64,000 nucleotides of DNA from the NCBI RefSeq assembly GCF_035084215.1, contig NW_027139272.1, forward strand, positions 124,001 to 188,000, read 5' to 3'. Both the position numbers and the translations under genes were made by a program. Shown one piece after another: positions 57,104 through 64,000 of the stretch; position 1 is the first letter of the stretch, and every line of letters begins with the position of its first letter. The notes beneath the pieces were generated by a model. The model was not told where the DNA came from. It made no database searches and saw only the letters and a list, made by a program, of their open reading frames with translations. The DNA is from Heptranchias perlo. Its lineage: Eukaryota.

Positions 57104-59485
57104 TTTTTTTTCAAACGTTCATGGGATGCGGACATCGCTGGCGAGGCCGGCATTTATTGCCCATCCCTAATTGCCCTTGAGAAGGTGGTGGTGAGCTGCC
57201 TTTTTGAACCGCTGCAGTCCGTGTGGTGAAGGTTCTCCCACAGTGCTGTTAGGAAGGGAGTTCCAGAATTTTGACCCAGCGACGATGAAGGAACGGCGAT
57301 ATATTTACAAGTCGGGATGGTTTGTGACTTGGAGGGGAACGTGCAGGTGGTGTTGTTCCCATGTGCCTGCTGCTCTTGTCCTTCTAGGTGGTAGAGGTCA
57401 CGGGTTTGGGAGGTGCTGTTGAAGAAGCCTTGGCGAGTTGCTGCAGTGCATCCTGTGGATGGTACACACTGCAGCCACGGTGCGCCGGTGGTGAAGGTAG
57501 TGAATGTTTAGGGTGGTGGATGGGGTGCCAATCAAGCGGGCTACTTTGTCCTGGATGGTGTCGAGCTTCTTGAGTGTTGTTGGAGCTGCACTCATCCAGG
57601 TAAGTGGAGAGTATTCCATCACACTCCTGACTTGTGTCTTGTAGATGGTGGAAAGGCTTTGGGGAGTCAGGAGGTGAGTCACTCGCTGCAGAATACCCAG
57701 CCTCTGACCTGCTCTTGCAGACACAGTATTTATATGGCTGGTCCAGTTAAGTTTCTGGTCAATGGTGACCCCCAGGATGTTAATGGTGGGGGATTCGGCG
57801 ATGGTAATGCCGTTGAATGTCAAGGGGAGGTGGTTAGACTCTCTCTTGTTGGAGATGGTCATTGCCTGGCACTTGTCTGGCGCGAATGTTACTTGCCACT
57901 TATCAGCCCAAGCCTGGATGTTGTCCAGGTCTTGCTGCATACGGGCTCAGACTGCGTCATCATTTGAGGGGTTGCGAATGGAACTGAACACTGTGTAATC
58001 ATCAGCAAACATCCCCATTTCTGACCTTATGATGGAGGGAAGGTCATTGATGAAGCAGCTGAAGATGGTTGGGCCGAGGACACTGACCTGAGGGACTCCT
58101 GCAGCAATGCCTTGGGGCTGAGATGATTGGCCTCCAACAACCACTACCATCTTCCTTTGTGCTAGGTATGACTCCAGCCACTGGAGAGTTTACTCGCTGA
58201 TTGGCTCCTTGGTGCCACACACGGTCAAATGCTGCCTTGATGTCAAGGGCAGTCACTCTCATCTCACCTCTGGAATCCAGCTCTTTTGTCCATGTTTGGA
58301 CCAAGGCTGTAATGAGGTCTGAAGCTGAGTGGTCCTGGCGGAACCCAAACTGAGCATCGGTGAGCAGGTTATTGGTGAGTAAGTGCCGCTTGATAGCACT
58401 GTCGACGACTTACATCACTTTGCTGATGATTGAGAGTAGACTGATGGGGCGGTAATTGGCTGGATTGGATTTGTCCTGCTGTTTGTGGACAGGACATACC
58501 TGGGCAATTTTCCACATTGTCGGGTAGATGCCAGTGTTGTAGCAGTACTGGAACAATTTGGCTGGAGGCGCAGCTAGTTCTGGAGCACAAGTCTTCAGCA
58601 CTACAGCTGGGATGTTGTCGGGGCCCACAGCCTTTGCTGCATCCAGTGCACTCAGCCGTTTCTTGATATCACGTGGAGCGAATCGAATTGGCTGAAGACT
58701 GGCTTCTATGATGGTGGGGGTATTGGGAGGAGGCCGAGATGGATCATCCACTCGACACTTCTGGCTGAAGATGGTTGCAAACGCTTCAGCCTTGTCTTTT
58801 GCACTCACGTGCTGGACTCTGCCATCATTGAGGGTGGGGATGTTTACAGAGTCTCCTCCTCCCGTTAGTTGTAAATTGTCCACCACCATTCACGACTGGA
58901 TGTGGCAGGACTGCAGAGCTTTGATCTGATCCGTTGGTTGTGGAATCGCTTAGCTCTGTCTATAGCATGTTGCTTCCACTGTTTACCATGCATGTAGTCC
59001 TGAGTTGTAGCTTCACCAGGTTGGCACCTCGTTTTTAGGTACACCTGGTGCTGCTCCTGGCTTGCTCTTCTACACTCCTCATTGAACCAGGGTTGATCCC
59101 CTGGCTTGTTGGTAATGATAGAGTGAGGAATATGCCGGGCCATGAGGTTACAGATTGTGCTGGAATACAATTCTGCTGCTGCTGATGGCCCGCAGCGCCT
59201 CATGGATGCCCAGTTTTGAGTTGCCAGATCTGTTCTGAATCTGCCCCATTTAGCACGGTGATAGTGCCACACAACACGTTGGATGGTGTCCTCAGTGTGA
59301 AAACGGGACTTCATCTCCACAAGGACTGTGCGGTGGTCACTCCGACTAATACTGTCATGGACATATGCATTTGCGACAGGTAGATTGGTGAGGACGAGGT
59401 CAAGTAAGTTTTTCCATCGTGTTGGTTCGCTCACCACGTGCCGCAGGCCCAGTCTGGCAGCAATGTCCTTTAGGACTCGGCCACA
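57104..59485 (-). mobile_element. Non-LTR retrotransposon (APE end plus RT plus 3' end; CR1/Jockey-group, clade uncertain), 5' part lost at the 22-bp array
   Basis: LDLVLTN, SDH, NYRPISLL, LDIKAAFDRVWH, GVPQ.SVLGP and MFADD motifs; short poly(A) tail. Confidence 0.9.
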
Positions 59486-62186
59486 ACACTCTCTATATAA
59501 ACACACACCACTCTATATATAAACCCACACCACTCTATATATAAACCCACACCACTCTATATATAAACCCACACCACTCCATATATAAACCCACACCACT
59601 CTATATATAAACCCACACCACTCTATATATAAACCCACACCACTCTATATATAAACCCACACAACTCTATAAATAAACCCACACCACTCCATATATAAAC
59701 CCACACCACTCTATATATCAACCCACACCACTCCATATATAAACCCACACCACTCTATATATAAACCCACACAACTCTATAAATAAACCCACACCACTCC
59801 ATATATAAACCCACACCACTCTATATATAAACCCACACCACTCCATATATAAACCCACACCACTCGATATATAAACCCACACAACTCTATAAATAAACCC
59901 ACACCACTCAAGATATAAACCCACACCACTCTATATATAAACCCACACCACTCCATATATAAACCCACACCACTCTATGTATAAACACACACCACTCTAT
60001 ATATAAACCCAAACCACTCGATATATAAACCCACACCACTCTATATATAAACCCACACCACTCTCTATATAAGCCCACACCACTCTATAAATAAACCCAC
60101 ACCACTCTATATATAAACCCACACCACTCTATATATAAACCCACACCACTCTATATATAAACCCACACCACTCTATACATAAACACACACCACTCTATAT
60201 ATAAACCCACACCACTCGATATATAAACCCACACCACTCTATATATAAACCCACACCACTCTATATATAAACCCACACCACTCGATGCATAAACCCACAC
60301 CACTCTATATATAAACACACACCACTCTATATATAAACCCACACCACTCTATATATAAACACACACCACTCGAAACATAAACACACACCACTCTATATAT
60401 AAACCCACACCACTCTATATATAAACACATAACACTCTATACATAAACACACACCACTCTATATATAAACCCACACCACTCGATATATAAACCCACACCA
60501 CTCTATATATAAACCCACACAACTCGATATATAAACCCACATCACTCTATATATAAACCCACACCACTCTATATATAAACACACACCACTCTATACATAA
60601 ACACACACCACTCTATATATAAACCCACACCACTCTATATATAAACACACACCACTCTATATATAAACCCACACCACTCTATATATAAACACACACCACT
60701 CTATATATAAACCCACACCACTCTATACATAAACACACACCACTCTATATATAAACCCACACCACTCTATATATAAACACACACCACTCTATATATAAAC
60801 ACACACCACTCTATACATAAACACACACCACTCTATATATAAACCCACACCACTCTATATATAAACACACATCACTCTATATATAAACCCACACCATTCT
60901 ATATATAAACACACACCACTCTATATATAAACCCACACCACTCTATATATAAACCCACACCACTCTATATATAAACACACACCACTCGATATATAAACCC
61001 ACACCACTCTATATATAAACCCACACCACTCTATATATAAACCCACACCACTCTATATATAAACACACACCACTCTATATATAAACCCACACCACTCTAT
61101 ATATAAACCCACACCACTCTATATATAAACCCACACCACTCTATATATAAACCCACACCACTCTATGTATAAACACACACCACTCTATATATAAACCCAC
61201 ACCATTCTACATATAAACACACGCCACTCTATATATAAACACACACCACTCGATATAAAACCCACACCATTCTATATATAAACACACACCACTCTATATA
61301 TAAACCCACACCACTCTATATATAAACCCACACCACTCTATATATAAACACACACCACTCTATATATAAACCCACACCACTCTATATATAAACCCACACC
61401 ATTCTACATATAAACACACACCACTCTATATATAAACACACACCACTCTATATAAAACCCACACCATTCTATATATAAACACACACCACTCTATATATAA
61501 ACACACACCACTCTATATATAAACCCACACCACTCTATATATAAACACACACCACTCGAAATATAAACCCACACCACTCTATATATAAACCCACACCACT
61601 ATATACATAAACCCACACCACTATATATGTAAACACACACCACTCTATATATAAACCCACACCACTCGATATATAAACCCACACCACTATATACATAAAC
61701 CCACACCACTCTCTCTATAAACCCACACCACTATATACATAAACCCACACCACTATATGTATAAACACACACCACTCTATATATAAACCCACACCACTCT
61801 ATATATAAACCCACACCACTGTATACATAAACCCACACCACTCTGTATATAAACATACACCACTCTATATATAAACCCACACCACTCTATATATAAACCC
61901 ACACCACTCTATATATAAACCCACACCACTCTATATATAAACCCACACCACTCTATATATAAACCCACACCACTCTATATATAAACACACACCACTCTAT
62001 ATATAAACCCACACCACTCTATATATAAACCCACACCACTCTATATATAAACCCACACCACTCTATACAAAAACACACATCGCTCTGCACATGAACACAT
62101 ACCACTCGATACATAAACATGCACCACTCTGTAGATAAACCCACACCACTCTGTAGATGAACCCACACCGCTCTATAGATGAACCC

Positions 62187-62958
62187 AATGGCAGGGCGTT
62201 GGGGAGAGTTATAGAACAAAGAGATCTAGGAGTACAGGTTCATAGCTCCTTGAAAGTGGAGTCACAGGTGGATAGGGTGGTGAAGAAGGCATTCAGCATG
62301 CTTGGTTTCATTGGTCAGAACATTGAATACAGGAGTTGGGATGTCTTGTTAAAGTTGTACAAGACATTAGTACGGCCACACTTGGAATACTGTGTACAGT
62401 TCTGGTCACCCTATTATAGAAAGGATATTATTAAACTGGAAAGAGTGCAGAAAAGATTTACTAGGATGCTACCGGGACTTGATGGTTTGACTTATAGGGA
62501 GAGGTTAGATAGACTGGGACTGTTTTCCCTGGAGAGTAGGAGGTTTAGGGGTGATCTTATAGAAGTCTATAAAATAATGAGGGGCATAGATAAGGTAGAT
62601 AATCAAAATCTTTTCCCAAAGGTAGGGGAGTCTATAACGAGGGGACATAGATTTAAGGTGAGAGGGGAGAGATACAAAAGGGTCCAGAGGGGCAATTTTT
62701 TCACTCAAAGGATGGTGAGTGTCTGGAACGAGCTGCCAGAGGCAGTAGTAGAGGCGGGTACAATTTTGTCCTTTAAAAAGCATTTGTACAGTTACATGGG
62801 TAAGATGGGTATAGAGGGATATGGGCCAAGTGCAGGCAATTGGGACGAGCTTAGTGGTATAAACTGGGCGACATAGACATGTTGGGGTGAAGGGTTAGGG
62901 TTAGGGTTAGGGTTAGGGTTAATGCAGCGTTTCCATGTTGTAAACTTCTATGATTCTA
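62187..62958 (+). mobile_element. 5'-truncated CR1 LINE with an open ORF2 C-terminus
   Basis: DLGVQVH..LVRPHLEYCVQFWSP..FFTQRMVSVWNEL..GYGPSAGNWD, then 3'UTR and TTCTATGA tail. Confidence 0.92.
62891..62921 (+). repeat. Short interstitial telomeric sequence AGGG(TTAGGG)4TTA
   Basis: Perfect vertebrate telomeric hexamers inside the CR1 3'UTR. Confidence 0.92.
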
Positions 62959-64000
62959 TATAAATCCACACCACTCCGTGCATAAACCCACACTAATCTA
63001 TATATAAACCCACACCACTCTATATATAAACCCACACCACTCTATATATAAACCCACACCACTCTATGTATAAACCCACACCACTCTATATATAAACACA
63101 CACCACTCTATATATAAACCCACACCACTATATACATAAACCCACACCACTCTATATATAAACACACACCACTCTATATATAAACCCACACCACTCTATA
63201 TATAAACCCACACCACTCTATATATAAACCCACACCACTCTATATATAAACCCACACCACTCCATATATAAACCCACACCACTCTATACATAAACCCACA
63301 CCACTCTGTGTATAAACCCACACCACTCTATGTATAAACCCACACCACTCTATTTATAAACCCACACCACTCTATACATAAACCCACACCACTCTGTGTA
63401 TAAACCCACACCACTCTATATATAAACCCACACCACTCTATATATAAACACGCACCACTCTATATATAAACCCACACCACTCTATATATAAACCCACACC
63501 ACTCTATATATAAACACGCACCACTCTATATATAAACCCACACCACTCTGTGTATAAACACACACCACTCTATAGATAAACCCTCACCACTCTATATATA
63601 AACAAACACCACTCTATATATAAACCCACACCACTCTATATATAAACCCTCACCACTCTATATATAAAGCCACACCACTCTATATATAAACCCACACCAC
63701 TCGATATATAAACACGTACCACTCTATATATAAACCCACACCACTCTGTGTATAAACCCACACCACTCTATATATAAACCCACACCACTCTATACATAAA
63801 CCCACACCACTCTATACATAAACCCACACCACTCTATATATAAACACACACCACTCTATATATAAACACACACCACTCTATATATAAACCCACACCACTC
63901 CATATATAAACCCACACCACTCTATATATAAACCCACACCACTCTATATATAAACCCACACCACTCTATATATAAACCCACACCACTCTGTATATAAACA

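Larger units (their letters stand above)
59486..64000. repeat. 22-bp satellite AAACCCACACCACTCTATATAT, interrupted by a CR1 at about 62187-62958 and running off the window
   Basis: 22-bp period. Confidence 0.97.

Noticed and set aside
20757-64000. CRISPR-like appearance of the regular arrays
   Set aside because: No unique spacers and no cas genes; vertebrate context

Overview
Vertebrate, repeat-dense genomic DNA, most likely from a cartilaginous fish (inferred from the Deu-type SINEs, CR1/L2 LINEs and Penelope-like remnant). Two genes are supported. (1) A minus-strand MHC class I-like heavy-chain gene has an intact alpha1 exon (5948-5688, 261 bp) and alpha2 exon (756-481, 276 bp), both phase 1/1 with canonical AG/GT sites. 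Its alpha3/TM exons must lie left of the window, and a candidate 49-bp leader exon sits at 16506-16458. The protein lacks most classical peptide-anchoring residues and has a hydrophobic groove, so it is nonclassical and possibly lipid-binding. (2) A plus-strand C2H2 zinc-finger gene (47544-48668) has 9 intact fingers plus eroded remnants. Between the genes lie about 25 kb of tandem arrays: a 17.2-kb 57-bp minisatellite with higher-order structure and NF-kB-like GGGATTCCCC variants, a 25-bp array made of splice-donor-like motifs, and a 45-bp G-quadruplex-type array with three N gaps. The rest is nested CR1, L2, other LINE, SINE, Tigger-like and Penelope-like debris. This includes a minimal hammerhead ribozyme motif, minisatellites derived from SINE and CR1 sequence, a 22-bp satellite, and a short (TTAGGG)n insertion inside a CR1 3'UTR. 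Most long ORFs in the supplied track are artefacts of repeats. All residue numbering and repeat family calls were made by eye.
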